A DNA stretch of 64,000 nt, taken from an uncultured Bdellovibrionales bacterium. GTDB taxonomy: Bacteria > Patescibacteriota > Minisyncoccia > Moranbacterales > UBA2206. The DNA lies in NCBI GenBank assembly GCA_964636505.1, contig CAZWRY010000002.1, positions 17,248-81,247 of the forward strand, in the 5' to 3' direction. The position numbers were made by a program, and so were the translations under genes. The notes under the pieces were generated by a model. It had not been told where the DNA came from, ran no database searches, and saw only the letters and a list, made by a program, of their open reading frames with translations. This document shows positions 9,633 through 18,944 of the stretch, piece after piece (within the stretch, counting starts at the first letter, position 1; each line of letters starts with the position of its first letter).

Positions 9633-10589
9633 TTAACCCAACAGCGACAATTCGCTTAATTTTTTGCAAAATTTTTCATAGGTTTTTACCCCTTGGGGCT
9701 CAGGCAAAAAAACCATTTTTTTATCATTAGCAATAATCACACTCCCGGCCCGATGCGTTCTTGGATCTTTGGCAATTCTTTCCATCTGCCATTTTTTCAA
9801 TCTTTCTTCAATGAAATCGGCTTGAAAAATTTTTTCTCCTATTTTTCTGATTATTTTAGCCGGACAAAAATCTTCCACAAATTTTAAGTTAGATTCTTCA
9901 AAGATACCGTAATTGACTTTATATTTTTTCATCCAAATATTTTTTTCTCTGAATTTTTGGAATGTTTTTGATCCGAAAAGCGGGAGTAAAAAATAATATT
10001 CTGAAGCAGAAAAAAAATATTCCGGTTCGGAAAAATCATCTTTCAAATTGATCTCCAGATATTTTTTATTAAGGAAATGATTGAGACAGGCCCTGTCTTC
10101 TATTTTTGTTCCATATCTTCTTTTGCCCAAAAGATGCACTGTTAAAGTTACCAAAAGTCTGCCGGTAAATATTTTTCTGTTTTTAAGCACGATTAAAAAA
10201 TCCAGATCGCTCTTTTTTTCAGTATTTTTCATTGCCAATCTTCCGCTCACGGCCACCATCCTCACGAAAGGTACAAAACGCAATATTTTTGCTATTTTTA
10301 TGGCTATTTTAAGCTTTTTTTCAGCTATTTTATTTCTTTCCAATCTTTGTTTGACCAAATTTTCCCGACCCCGCAAAAAATAAAAACCTTCCGAAGTGCA
10401 GATAAATCTTCGCAGTTTATCGCCTTCAAGCTCTTTTATGACATTGGCTAAAGTCATTTTTTCTTCCCCTGTTTCAATTGGCTCCATCCGCGTTAAATAT
10501 TTCCAAATTTCAAAAGCCGTCATGGGATAATCCAGGGCATCATAATAGGCCAGGGTAGTAAGAACATACTTGCTTAAATTTGAAGACAT
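9633..10589 (-). CDS. Hypothetical protein with a Pol-beta-type nucleotidyltransferase motif.
   Basis: 318 aa; VAVSGRLAMKNTEKKSDLDFLIV matches the GS-x9-13-DxD nucleotidyltransferase signature; nothing else recognised. Confidence 0.4.
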   Translation of the reverse strand: MSSNLSKYVLTTLAYYDALDYPMTAFEIWKYLTRMEPIETGEEKMTLANVIKELEGDKLRRFICTSEGFYFLRGRENLVKQRLERNKIAEKKLKIAIKIAKILRFVPFVRMVAVSGRLAMKNTEKKSDLDFLIVLKNRKIFTGRLLVTLTVHLLGKRRYGTKIEDRACLNHFLNKKYLEINLKDDFSEPEYFFSASEYYFLLPLFGSKTFQKFREKNIWMKKYKVNYGIFEESNLKFVEDFCPAKIIRKIGEKIFQADFIEERLKKWQMERIAKDPRTHRAGSVIIANDKKMVFLPEPQGVKTYEKFCKKLSELSLLG

Positions 10590-10609
10590 AATTTAAAAAT
10601 TATAAAATT

Positions 10610-13459
10610 CTACAGGTATTTCCCCGTCCAGCTTTTTTTGATTTTTTTGAGCTTGTCCGGTGTACCAGCATAAACAACTTCCCCTCCCTGGTCTCCGCCA
10701 TCCGGTCCCAAATCAATGACCCAATCTGAATTCCTGATCACATCTATATTGTGCTCCACGACCACAACCGTATTGCCTTTATCCACTAGCGCGTCTAACA
10801 CGCCTAATAACATTTTAACATCTTCAAAATGAAGACCGATAGTTGGTTCATCCAAAATATAGAGGGTTTGGCCGGTTGATTTTCTGGCCAATTCCGTAGC
10901 CAGCTTTATTCTTTGCGCTTCTCCGCCGGATAAACTTGTGGCGCTTTGACCAAGCTTAAGGTAGCCCAAGCCCACATCCTCAAGAGTTTTTAATTTTTCA
11001 AAAATCAAAGGCGATTTCTTGAAAAATTTTAAAGCATAAGAAACACTCATGTCCAAAACTTCGGCGATATTGGCTCCTTGATATTCAATATCCAAGGTTT
11101 TACGATTATATCTTGTTCCTCCGCATGATTCACATTTAACATACATATCCGGTAGGAGATACATTTCAATTTTTTTTGTTCCTTCTCCTTGACAATTTTC
11201 GCATCGCCCGCCCTTCATGTTAAAACTAAAACGGCTGGCCGTATAGCCTCTTTTTTTAGCTTCCGGCGTTGCCGCGAAAAGATCGCGAATTAAAGAAAAA
11301 ACACCCGTATAAGTAGCCGCGTTTGACCTTGGTGTCCTTCCAATCGGAGTTTGATTAATGTTAATTACTTTATCAATGTTTTTTATGCCATCAATTTTTC
11401 TGTATTTTCCCGGCACATCCTTGGCTCTATAAAAATATTTGGCCAGATATTTAGCCAAGATATCTGAGACTAACGTTGATTTGCCCGATCCGGAAACACC
11501 CGTGATTGAAACAAATTTGCCCAAAGGAATTTCCACATCAATATTTCTCAGGTTATGCTCGCTGGCGCCGGTTATTTTTATGAATTTTTTATTGCCTTTG
11601 CGATATGTCTTTTTATTCACGACTTTTTTGCGGCCGATAATATAGTCGGCTGTAGCTGTTTTTGACTTGAGAAGCTTTTGAAAATCCCCCTGAAAGATAA
11701 CTTCTCCGCCTTCCTCTCCGGCACCGGGACCCATATCAATAATCCAGTCAGCTTTACGGATAATGTCCTCGTCGTGTTCCACAACTATCAAAGAGTTTCC
11801 GCCTTCTCGCAAAGATTGCATGGTCCCAATTAACTTTTCCGTATCCCGATTATGGAGTCCGATAGAAGGCTCGTCCAAAACATAGGTGATGCCGGTAAGT
11901 TCCGCTCCAATTTGAGTTGCCAAACGAATTCTTTGGGCTTCTCCGCCGGAAATCGATTCTGCCCGGCGAGAAAGAGAAAGATAGTCCAAGCCTACATTTA
12001 TCAGCGCTTCGGTTTTTATCAATATTTCTTTAATAATACCGTTGGCAATTTCTTTCTTGTCCGAACTGTCACAAGAAGCTTTGACTTCTTTTAGAAAAGC
12101 CTTTAGCTTTTCTAGATCCAAATTGACCACATCGTCAATTGATTTTTCACCGATCATAACCGCCAGATATTCCTTTTTTAGTCTTTTGCCTTCACAAGCC
12201 GGACAAACTTTTTCCAACATATATTTTTCCAGGTCGCTGCGGACATATTCAGAAGTTGACTCTTCATATTTTTTCTTAAGAATGGCAGCAACGCCTTCAA
12301 AAGGAACTTCAATCTGCTTAAGTCCGCCCATGTCGTTTTTCTGTTCCACTCTGATCTCTTTTTTGTCCGGTCCATAAAAAATAATTTCCAGAGCTTTAGG
12401 TGAAAGTTTTTTGACCGGAACATCAACAGAAAAAGAATATTCCTTAGCCAAAGCCCTCAAAATATTTAGATAATTGCTCTGTCCGCTCAGTCTTCCGTTA
12501 GATTTACTCCAAGGTAAAATGGCTCCTTCTGAAAGGGTCAGGTTTTTATTTGGGATTACTAAATCCAAATCAACTTCTTTGGTAATTCCAAGGCCGGCGC
12601 AATATCCGCAAGCTCCTTCCGGATTGTTAAAAGAAAAGTGTCTGGGAGTTATTTCATTTATCCTGGTTTGACAAGTATGACAAACAAAATCGCGATTAAA
12701 GACTGAATCTCCTTCTTCTTCGGAAAAAACAATAATAGATCCGCCGCCAACTTTCATGGCTGTTTCAATTGAATCCAAGAGCCTTTCTTCATCCTGGTTT
12801 TCACCCCTAATATTGATTCTATCTACCACCACTTCAATGGCCGAGTTAAACTTATCACTCACAATCAGCAAAGCCTCATTGGTTAACATTATCTTTCCAT
12901 CAAATCTGACTCTGGCGTAACCCAAATGACTGATGCTACGCAAAATTTCACGCGAACTTTTGCCTTCTTCTTTTACTTTAGCCATAATAACTACTTGCGA
13001 ATTTTTGGGAAATTTTAAAATTCTTTCTAAAATTTCCTGGTTGGTTTTCTTGGACATAAGTTCTCCGCAAACCGGACAATAAGGCATTCCGATTTTGGAA
13101 AAAAGAATCCTAAGATAATCATAAATTTCCGTAAGTGTTCCAACAGTTGAACGCGGGCTACGACTCAAACTTTTCTGATCAATGGAAATAGTCGGGCTAA
13201 GATTTTCAATTTTATCCATATCCGGCTTAGCCGCTACATCCAAGAATTGCCGGGCATAGGACGACATTCCCTCCAGATATCTGCGATTGCCTTCCGCATA
13301 AACTAAATCAAAGGCTAAAGATGATTTACCTGAACCTGAAAGCCCGGTTACCACCACCAATTGATTGCGAGGAATATCAATATCCACATTTTTCAGATTA
13401 TTGACTCTGGCCCCGCGAATAATTATCTTATCCCTTGAGGAAGAAACTTTTTTTGACAT
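10610..13459 (-). CDS. uvrA: Excinuclease ABC subunit A (UvrA), copy 1.
   Basis: 949 aa; two ABC modules (GLSGSGKSSLAF..., [11 protein letters not shown]), zinc-finger insertions, LSGGEAQRI signatures. Confidence 0.92.
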   Translation of the reverse strand: MSKKVSSSRDKIIIRGARVNNLKNVDIDIPRNQLVVVTGLSGSGKSSLAFDLVYAEGNRRYLEGMSSYARQFLDVAAKPDMDKIENLSPTISIDQKSLSRSPRSTVGTLTEIYDYLRILFSKIGMPYCPVCGELMSKKTNQEILERILKFPKNSQVVIMAKVKEEGKSSREILRSISHLGYARVRFDGKIMLTNEALLIVSDKFNSAIEVVVDRINIRGENQDEERLLDSIETAMKVGGGSIIVFSEEEGDSVFNRDFVCHTCQTRINEITPRHFSFNNPEGACGYCAGLGITKEVDLDLVIPNKNLTLSEGAILPWSKSNGRLSGQSNYLNILRALAKEYSFSVDVPVKKLSPKALEIIFYGPDKKEIRVEQKNDMGGLKQIEVPFEGVAAILKKKYEESTSEYVRSDLEKYMLEKVCPACEGKRLKKEYLAVMIGEKSIDDVVNLDLEKLKAFLKEVKASCDSSDKKEIANGIIKEILIKTEALINVGLDYLSLSRRAESISGGEAQRIRLATQIGAELTGITYVLDEPSIGLHNRDTEKLIGTMQSLREGGNSLIVVEHDEDIIRKADWIIDMGPGAGEEGGEVIFQGDFQKLLKSKTATADYIIGRKKVVNKKTYRKGNKKFIKITGASEHNLRNIDVEIPLGKFVSITGVSGSGKSTLVSDILAKYLAKYFYRAKDVPGKYRKIDGIKNIDKVININQTPIGRTPRSNAATYTGVFSLIRDLFAATPEAKKRGYTASRFSFNMKGGRCENCQGEGTKKIEMYLLPDMYVKCESCGGTRYNRKTLDIEYQGANIAEVLDMSVSYALKFFKKSPLIFEKLKTLEDVGLGYLKLGQSATSLSGGEAQRIKLATELARKSTGQTLYILDEPTIGLHFEDVKMLLGVLDALVDKGNTVVVVEHNIDVIRNSDWVIDLGPDGGDQGGEVVYAGTPDKLKKIKKSWTGKYL

Positions 13460-13566
13460 ATTAAAAGATTTATTTAATGGGAAATTATTCTAAAAATAAG
13501 TTCCTGTTTGCAATAACTAATAGTACAGCAATCCTTTTTGTTTGTAAACCCCTTATCAACAAAAGA

Positions 13567-13604
13567 AGCCCGGAAAGGATAACGATCCTTTCCGGGCTTT
13601 TTGG
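13567..13604 (-). terminator. Strong bidirectional rho-independent terminator downstream of uvrC.
   Basis: 13-bp perfect stem AGCCCGGAAAGGA / TCCTTTCCGGGCT with a 6-nt loop and T-runs on both strands. Confidence 0.75.
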
Positions 13605-13787
13605 TCTTTCCCAATCAGCCTCAACGGATTCCTCGGACTCCGTTGAGATTTTTTAAATAACCGCTCTTATCATCTTCCTAACCTCCCTCTTGGATTTGGA
13701 TTTGGTTTTTCCCCGTTTTTCCGGGCTCCGGCTCCATTAGCCTCCTTTCTTAGGATTTTTGGCAACTCTCTTTTTATCCTATTTTAC

Positions 13788-15086
13788 TTATTTTGTCAAG
13801 AATTCGCTTTTTCTCATCTTTCTGTGATATCCAATTGCAAAACGATGCGCTTCATCTATGATTCTACCTAATAACTCTCTATCGTCTGCTATTTTTTTAA
13901 AATCATTTGAAAATTCTGTAATTGGAAATTGCTTGCCCGCTGGGCACAGCCAGAGATCAGAAATTAGAAATTGGAAATTGGAAGTTTTTCGTGTAGGACC
14001 CTTGGCAACAGCAATAATCGGAACTTTTATTCCTAAGCTCCTTAATAATTTCTCTGCCATGTTTAAGTGTCCTTGCCCTCCATCCAAGAGAATCAAGTGA
14101 GGCATCGGCCAATCATTTTTAAATCTACGTAGCAGCACCTCTTGCATCATTCCGATATCATTAATGCCCTCAACGGTTCTGATTTTGAATTTTCGGTACT
14201 GAGATTTGTTTGGCTGGCCTCCCTCAAAAACCACCATGGAGCCGACTGCGTTTTTTCCGCTAATATTGGAAATGTCGTACGCTTCAATACGAATAGTTTT
14301 TAGTTTATGTTTTTTAGTTTTTAGATCAATTTCAAAATCTTTTGAAATCAAAGCCACATCACGAATATGATTTAGCGCAAAAACTTTATTTCTTATTTCC
14401 GCCGCCTTTTCAAATTCATGATTCTTGGCTGCTAACTGCATTTCTTTTTCCAGTGTTTTAACCAGATTTTTTTTCTTACCTTCCAAAATCATCTGGATAC
14501 CATGGATATTTTTTTGATAATCTTTGAGAGTAATTGCACCGGCGTGTGGTCCCGGACAAAGTCCCAACTGAAAATCCAAACAGCCTTTTTCGGTTTCCTG
14601 CTTATTGGAATGAAAGGGGAAAATACGGCGAATTATTTTGAGCGCTACCTCCATTTGTTTTTTAAAAGTATATGGACCAAAAGCAGTTCGTAGTTTATAG
14701 TTTTTGGTTTGTAGTTTTTTAAAATCAATTTCCGTTTTTCGTAAAATCAAAACTCGCGAAAATTCTTCTTTAGTAATAACGAAATAGGAAAATGATTTAT
14801 CATCTTTAAGTTCAATGTTATATTTCGGCTGATATTTTTTGATCAAATTGCTTTCCAAAATCAAAGCCTCCAGAACAGAATCAGTCTTTTGAAAGTCAAT
14901 ATCGGCAACTTTCGGCATCATAACTTCAATATGATTTCTGGTTTCCGCGCCCCGAAAGTACGAAGCCACCCGGCTTTTTAAATTAGTTGCTTTTCCAATA
15001 TATAAAATATTTTTGGCTTTATCTTTGAAAATATATACTCCGGGATCTGATGGCAATTTGGCAATTTTTATTTTCATCTTTGACAT
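13788..15086 (-). CDS. uvrC: Excinuclease ABC subunit C (UvrC), short form without the C-terminal HhH2 domain.
   Basis: 432 aa; N-terminal GIY-YIG (PGVYIFKDKAKNILYIGKATNLKSRV), UVR domain (EFEKAAEIRNK), RNase H-like endonuclease region (RIEAYDISNISG...LLDGGQGHL...HRFAIGYHRK). Contains in-frame heptamer-repeat insertions. Confidence 0.85.
   Translation of the reverse strand: MSKMKIKIAKLPSDPGVYIFKDKAKNILYIGKATNLKSRVASYFRGAETRNHIEVMMPKVADIDFQKTDSVLEALILESNLIKKYQPKYNIELKDDKSFSYFVITKEEFSRVLILRKTEIDFKKLQTKNYKLRTAFGPYTFKKQMEVALKIIRRIFPFHSNKQETEKGCLDFQLGLCPGPHAGAITLKDYQKNIHGIQMILEGKKKNLVKTLEKEMQLAAKNHEFEKAAEIRNKVFALNHIRDVALISKDFEIDLKTKKHKLKTIRIEAYDISNISGKNAVGSMVVFEGGQPNKSQYRKFKIRTVEGINDIGMMQEVLLRRFKNDWPMPHLILLDGGQGHLNMAEKLLRSLGIKVPIIAVAKGPTRKTSNFQFLISDLWLCPAGKQFPITEFSNDFKKIADDRELLGRIIDEAHRFAIGYHRKMRKSEFLTK
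13921..13985. repeat. Miniature heptamer-repeat element inside uvrC, in frame: ATTGGAAATTG, a GC-rich hairpin segment, then AGAAATT AGAAATT GGAAATT GGAAG.
   Basis: Shares the 11-mer ATTGGAAATTG and AGAAATT tandem units with the rpoB-rpoC spacer at 60730..60775, and a GGCAAG-containing GC-rich segment with the uvrB insertion at 21855..21880. Confidence 0.7.
14295..14324. repeat. AGTTTTT-type heptamer tandem array (4 units) inside uvrC.
   Basis: AGTTTTT AGTTTAT GTTTTTT AGTTTTT; a second array lies at 14685..14720. Confidence 0.6.
14685..14720. repeat. AGTTTWT heptamer tandem array (5 units) inside uvrC.
   Basis: AGTTCGT AGTTTAT AGTTTTT GGTTTGT AGTTTTT; encodes the Lys-rich KKLQTKNYKL segment. 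Confidence 0.6.
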
Positions 15087-15130
15087 TTCTTAAAAATAAT
15101 TATAGCTTAATTCTAGCACCTTAAAACAAT

Positions 15131-15526
15131 ATGCCAAAGAAAGGAGACAGTATGTGCATGATGTATCCGGTACCGTCAAAAAAATGCGTTTTTGGGCCTG
15201 ATTTTAAGGCTGTAATTGAACATTTGCTCATGCACTTTAAAGTACATGAGTTGTATTTTTGTCGACCTGGAAATGACTGCTTGATCGTCTATCCGAGAGA
15301 AAATGTTCCTTTTAAAGTTACTGAGCCCCTGGAATTCTTTTATGACTCCGAGCAAAAGAAAAGAGGAATAATCAGCCCGGGAACCTATTTCATAAAAGAA
15401 CATTCTGTTTTTCCGTCGGGCCATCAACTGGTCTTGCAAAAAAACAACGCGGATAACCGGCTTCTCCCTTGTTTTACCTGGAAAGATGGCCCGGGCATTG
15501 ATTGGAGAGGAATAACAGCACAATAA
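15131..15526 (+). CDS. Hypothetical protein (cassette gene 1); probable start at 15152 after a GGAG ribosome-binding site.
   Basis: 131-aa ORF on the opposite strand from the flanking uvr genes; AAAGGAGAC precedes the ATG at 15152 by 7 nt; locally GC-richer; no recognisable domain. Confidence 0.5.
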   Translation: MPKKGDSMCMMYPVPSKKCVFGPDFKAVIEHLLMHFKVHELYFCRPGNDCLIVYPRENVPFKVTEPLEFFYDSEQKKRGIISPGTYFIKEHSVFPSGHQLVLQKNNADNRLLPCFTWKDGPGIDWRGITAQ

Positions 15527-15545
15527 ATTCTTAAAGGAGAAAAAA

Positions 15546-15857
15546 ATGCAGATAATAGAAGAAGTATTGCTGGAAGATTTAAGAGCAGGCGATATTCTGC
15601 TTTATGAAGTCAAAAGCGACGGCAGTTTTATCCTTGAAGCCTTTAGGCAAAATTGCCTATCGGGAGAAACGTCAACTTATTTCAGAGTGTTTTTTGATGA
15701 TTACTTCATCAAAAAACTTTGGGAACACCACTGCTACAATCAACCGGGCAGTCACAACGCTTTTATTAAATCTCTGGCTGATTGGGTTGCCTTAAAAGGG
15801 GTGGTTATGACCGAACGTCAACTTTGGCCTAAGTATCCGCTCTGCAAGGTGTCCTAA
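15546..15857 (+). CDS. Hypothetical protein (cassette gene 2).
   Basis: 103 aa; AAAGGAGAAAAAA then ATG; 19-nt gap after gene 1; followed by a terminator. Confidence 0.5.
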   Translation: MQIIEEVLLEDLRAGDILLYEVKSDGSFILEAFRQNCLSGETSTYFRVFFDDYFIKKLWEHHCYNQPGSHNAFIKSLADWVALKGVVMTERQLWPKYPLCKVS

Positions 15858-15864
15858 CCGACGA

Positions 15865-15903
15865 AAAGCGCAGCTTCTTATCAAGAGTTGCGCTTTTTAT
15901 TTT
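15865..15903 (+). terminator. Rho-independent terminator of the two-gene cassette.
   Basis: Stem AAAGCGCA / TGCGCTTT, 16-nt loop, then a TTTATTTT run. Confidence 0.55.
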
Positions 15904-15938
15904 CCCAAAAAAATTCAGAAAAATGTTTAACTCTGTTT

Positions 15939-18824
15939 TTATTTTTTCAAAACATCCCCGAGATATTTAGCAGTGTAACTTTCCTTTTGATATTTGATAA
16001 TTTCTTCCGGCGTTCCGCTTACAATGACTCGCCCGCCTTGCTCTCCGCCTTCCGGTCCCAAATCAATAATCCAGTCAGCTGTTTTGATAATGTCCATATT
16101 GTGCTCAATAACCACCACGGTATTGCCGGCATCAACTAATTTATTAAGTACGCCTAAAAGTTTTTTAATGTCATCAAAATGAAGACCCGTCGTCGGCTCA
16201 TCTAAAATATACAGCGTGTTTCCGGTTGAACGGCGCGCCAGTTCTGTGGCTAATTTTATCCTTTGCGCTTCTCCGCCGGAAAGAGTTGTGGCTGATTGGC
16301 CCAAATGAATATAGTCCAGTCCGACTTCTTCCAAAATTTTAAGCTTGTCATGAATTTCTGGAAAATTTTCAAAGAAAATTTTGCCTTCTGAAACCGTCAT
16401 TTCCAAAACATCGGCAATATTTTTACCTTTATATTTTACTTTCAGAGTTTCACTGTTGTATCTTTTGCCTTTGCAGACATCGCAAGGCAAATAAACGTCT
16501 GGCATAAACTGCATTTCAATTTTCAAAAATCCTTCGCCTTGGCAATTTTCACATCTTCCCCCATTTACATTAAAGGAGAATCTCCCTGGCAAATATCCCT
16601 TGGCTTTAGCATCTTTAGTTTTGGCAAAAAGTTCTCTGATCGGAGAAAAAAGCCCTGTGTAAGTGGCAGGATTAGAACGCGGAGTGCGACCGATTGGAGA
16701 TTGATCAATCATAATTACTTTATTGACATGTTGCGACCCAATTATTTCCGAATGTTTCCCTGGACGATCCAATGATCGCATTATCTTTGAAGCTAAAGAT
16801 TTATACAAAACATCTTCTACTAGAGTTGATTTTCCTGATCCGGAAACTCCAGTCACAACAGTCAAAACTTTGAGTGGAAATTCCACGGTAATATTTTTTA
16901 GATTATTTTCTCTAGCTCCACGCACCACAATCATTTTTTTATTTTTAATCGGACGACGAAAACTGGGGACTTCAATTTTTTCTTCACCACTAAGATATCT
17001 GGCCGTTAAAGATTTTTTGCTTTTCATCACTTCTTGAGGAGAACCTTCGGCCACAATTTCTCCGCCCGCTTTACCTGCGCCTGGACCAATATCAACTAAA
17101 TAATCCGCAGCTCTAATCGTTTCCTCATCATGTTCAACCACAATCAAAGTATTTCCGATATCACGTAAATCCAAAAGTGTTTTTAATAATTTTTTATTAT
17201 CCCGCGCATGCAGACCGACTGATGGCTCATCCAAAATATATAAAACTCCGACTAATTGCGATCCGATTTGAGAAGCCAAACGAATTCTTTGCGTCTCTCC
17301 TCCAGCCAAAGTGGCCGCTGATCTTCCCAGCGTTAAGTATCCAAGGCCAACATTATCCAAAAATCCCAAACGCGCTTCAATTTCTTTCAAAATTCTGCCC
17401 GCAATCAAATCTTCTTTTTTGCTGAGTTTTAATTTTTTGAAAAAATCCAAAGCTTCACTCACACCGACGGTAGAAACTTCGTAGATATTCTTCCCGCTAA
17501 CGGTCACCAGCAAAGCTTCCTTCTTGTATCTTGAGCCATGGCAAACCGAACAAGGATTTTGCGACATATATTTTTCAATGTCTTTTCTCACTCCATCTGA
17601 ATCAGTTTTTGCGTAGCGATCTTCCAAATATCCGGTTATGCCCCGCCAATTCAAATTATATTTCCAAACCGAACCGGTTTTACTGCGCAAAGTTACCGGA
17701 ACTTCTTCGGCTTCTTCTGCCGAAATCGGACAATAAGCATTTTCTTCGCCATAGAGCAAAATATTCAAATTTTCTTGGGATAAATCTCTGATACGAACAT
17801 TATCTTTGATATGAAAATGATTGGTCACCGCTCGTAGAATCGTGCCTTGCCAATTATTTTTTTTGTAGCTCCAAGGCATTATTCCGCCCTCGGCAATCGT
17901 TTTGTTTTTATCAGGAATCACCAAATTAATACCCATTTCTTTTTTAGTTCCCAATCCCTCACAAACCGGACAAGCCCCATAAAGAGAGTTAAAAGAAAAA
18001 AGTCTCGGTTCCATTTCCGGAAAATTTATTTCGTCATGAACCGGACAAGATAATTTTTGATTAAAAATAAGTTCCGCTTCTTTTTGCTTCCTATCTCTTG
18101 TTCCTTGTTTCTTTATTTTCACCAGCCCATCCGACAACTTCAAGGCCTTTTCAGTATCTTCAAAAATACGAGGAATATTTTCATCACTAATAGCCATCGT
18201 ATCCACTACAACATCAATTGTGTGTTTTTTGTATCTATCTAAAGTTATTTTTTCTTTAGGATTAAGCTCAACTTTTTTGCCATTAACATAGGCTTTGGAA
18301 TAACCGCGGCGATACATATCCAAAAGAAGGGCTGAGTATTCACCTTTGCGTCCGCGTACAATCGGACTCAGAATTTCAATTTCTTTTTTATCGCCGACAC
18401 TTAAAATACGATCCACAATTTCATCCGTGGAAAGCTTGGTTATTTCTCGTCCACAAATCGGACAATGAGGAATACCAATTTTGGCATAAAGCAAACGCAA
18501 ATAATCATGAATCTCTGTCACCGTTCCGACAGTTGACCTCGGATTATGCGAAGCTGATTTTTGATCAATAGAAATTGCCGGCGAAAGACCCTCAATGTAG
18601 TCCACATTTGGTTTGTCCATTTGCCCCAAAAATTGCCGAGCGTAACTGGACAAACTTTCCAAATATCGTCTCTGGCCTTCGGCAAAAATAGTATCAAAAG
18701 CTAGCGTTGATTTTCCGCTACCGGAAATCCCCGTAAATACAACAAATTTATTGCGCGGCAAATTCAGATTTATATTCTTAAGGTTATGCTCTCTCGCCCC
18801 GCGAATGATGATTTCGTCTTTCAT
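15939..18824 (-). CDS. uvrA: Excinuclease ABC subunit A paralogue (UvrA, copy 2), full length.
   Basis: 961 aa; same architecture as copy 1 ([23 protein letters not shown], zinc fingers) but clearly diverged in sequence. Confidence 0.9.
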   Translation of the reverse strand: MKDEIIIRGAREHNLKNINLNLPRNKFVVFTGISGSGKSTLAFDTIFAEGQRRYLESLSSYARQFLGQMDKPNVDYIEGLSPAISIDQKSASHNPRSTVGTVTEIHDYLRLLYAKIGIPHCPICGREITKLSTDEIVDRILSVGDKKEIEILSPIVRGRKGEYSALLLDMYRRGYSKAYVNGKKVELNPKEKITLDRYKKHTIDVVVDTMAISDENIPRIFEDTEKALKLSDGLVKIKKQGTRDRKQKEAELIFNQKLSCPVHDEINFPEMEPRLFSFNSLYGACPVCEGLGTKKEMGINLVIPDKNKTIAEGGIMPWSYKKNNWQGTILRAVTNHFHIKDNVRIRDLSQENLNILLYGEENAYCPISAEEAEEVPVTLRSKTGSVWKYNLNWRGITGYLEDRYAKTDSDGVRKDIEKYMSQNPCSVCHGSRYKKEALLVTVSGKNIYEVSTVGVSEALDFFKKLKLSKKEDLIAGRILKEIEARLGFLDNVGLGYLTLGRSAATLAGGETQRIRLASQIGSQLVGVLYILDEPSVGLHARDNKKLLKTLLDLRDIGNTLIVVEHDEETIRAADYLVDIGPGAGKAGGEIVAEGSPQEVMKSKKSLTARYLSGEEKIEVPSFRRPIKNKKMIVVRGARENNLKNITVEFPLKVLTVVTGVSGSGKSTLVEDVLYKSLASKIMRSLDRPGKHSEIIGSQHVNKVIMIDQSPIGRTPRSNPATYTGLFSPIRELFAKTKDAKAKGYLPGRFSFNVNGGRCENCQGEGFLKIEMQFMPDVYLPCDVCKGKRYNSETLKVKYKGKNIADVLEMTVSEGKIFFENFPEIHDKLKILEEVGLDYIHLGQSATTLSGGEAQRIKLATELARRSTGNTLYILDEPTTGLHFDDIKKLLGVLNKLVDAGNTVVVIEHNMDIIKTADWIIDLGPEGGEQGGRVIVSGTPEEIIKYQKESYTAKYLGDVLKK

Positions 18825-18891
18825 ATTTTATTACCTTAAGGCAAATTACATTATATTATTTTAAGGAACTTTAATCAAGCCCATAAAAATC

Positions 18892-18932
18892 AAAAAGGCA
18901 TTGACTGATATTGCATGTCAATGCCTTTTTTT
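18892..18932 (-). terminator. Bidirectional rho-independent terminator after the 18945..19919 gene.
   Basis: Perfect 9-bp stem GGCATTGAC / GTCAATGCC flanked by A- and T-runs. Confidence 0.7.
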
Positions 18933-18944
18933 GCGTTTGCGAAA

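Noticed and set aside
12178-12426. 82-aa minus-strand ORF in a different frame inside uvrA (copy 1).
   Set aside because: Overlaps the conserved uvrA frame entirely; no independent support.
15079-15105. Possible promoter TTGACA-15-TATAGC for the plus-strand cassette in the 44-bp divergent spacer with uvrC.
   Set aside because: Spacer length is suboptimal and the -10 hexamer is poor. Could be real but not supportable from sequence alone.
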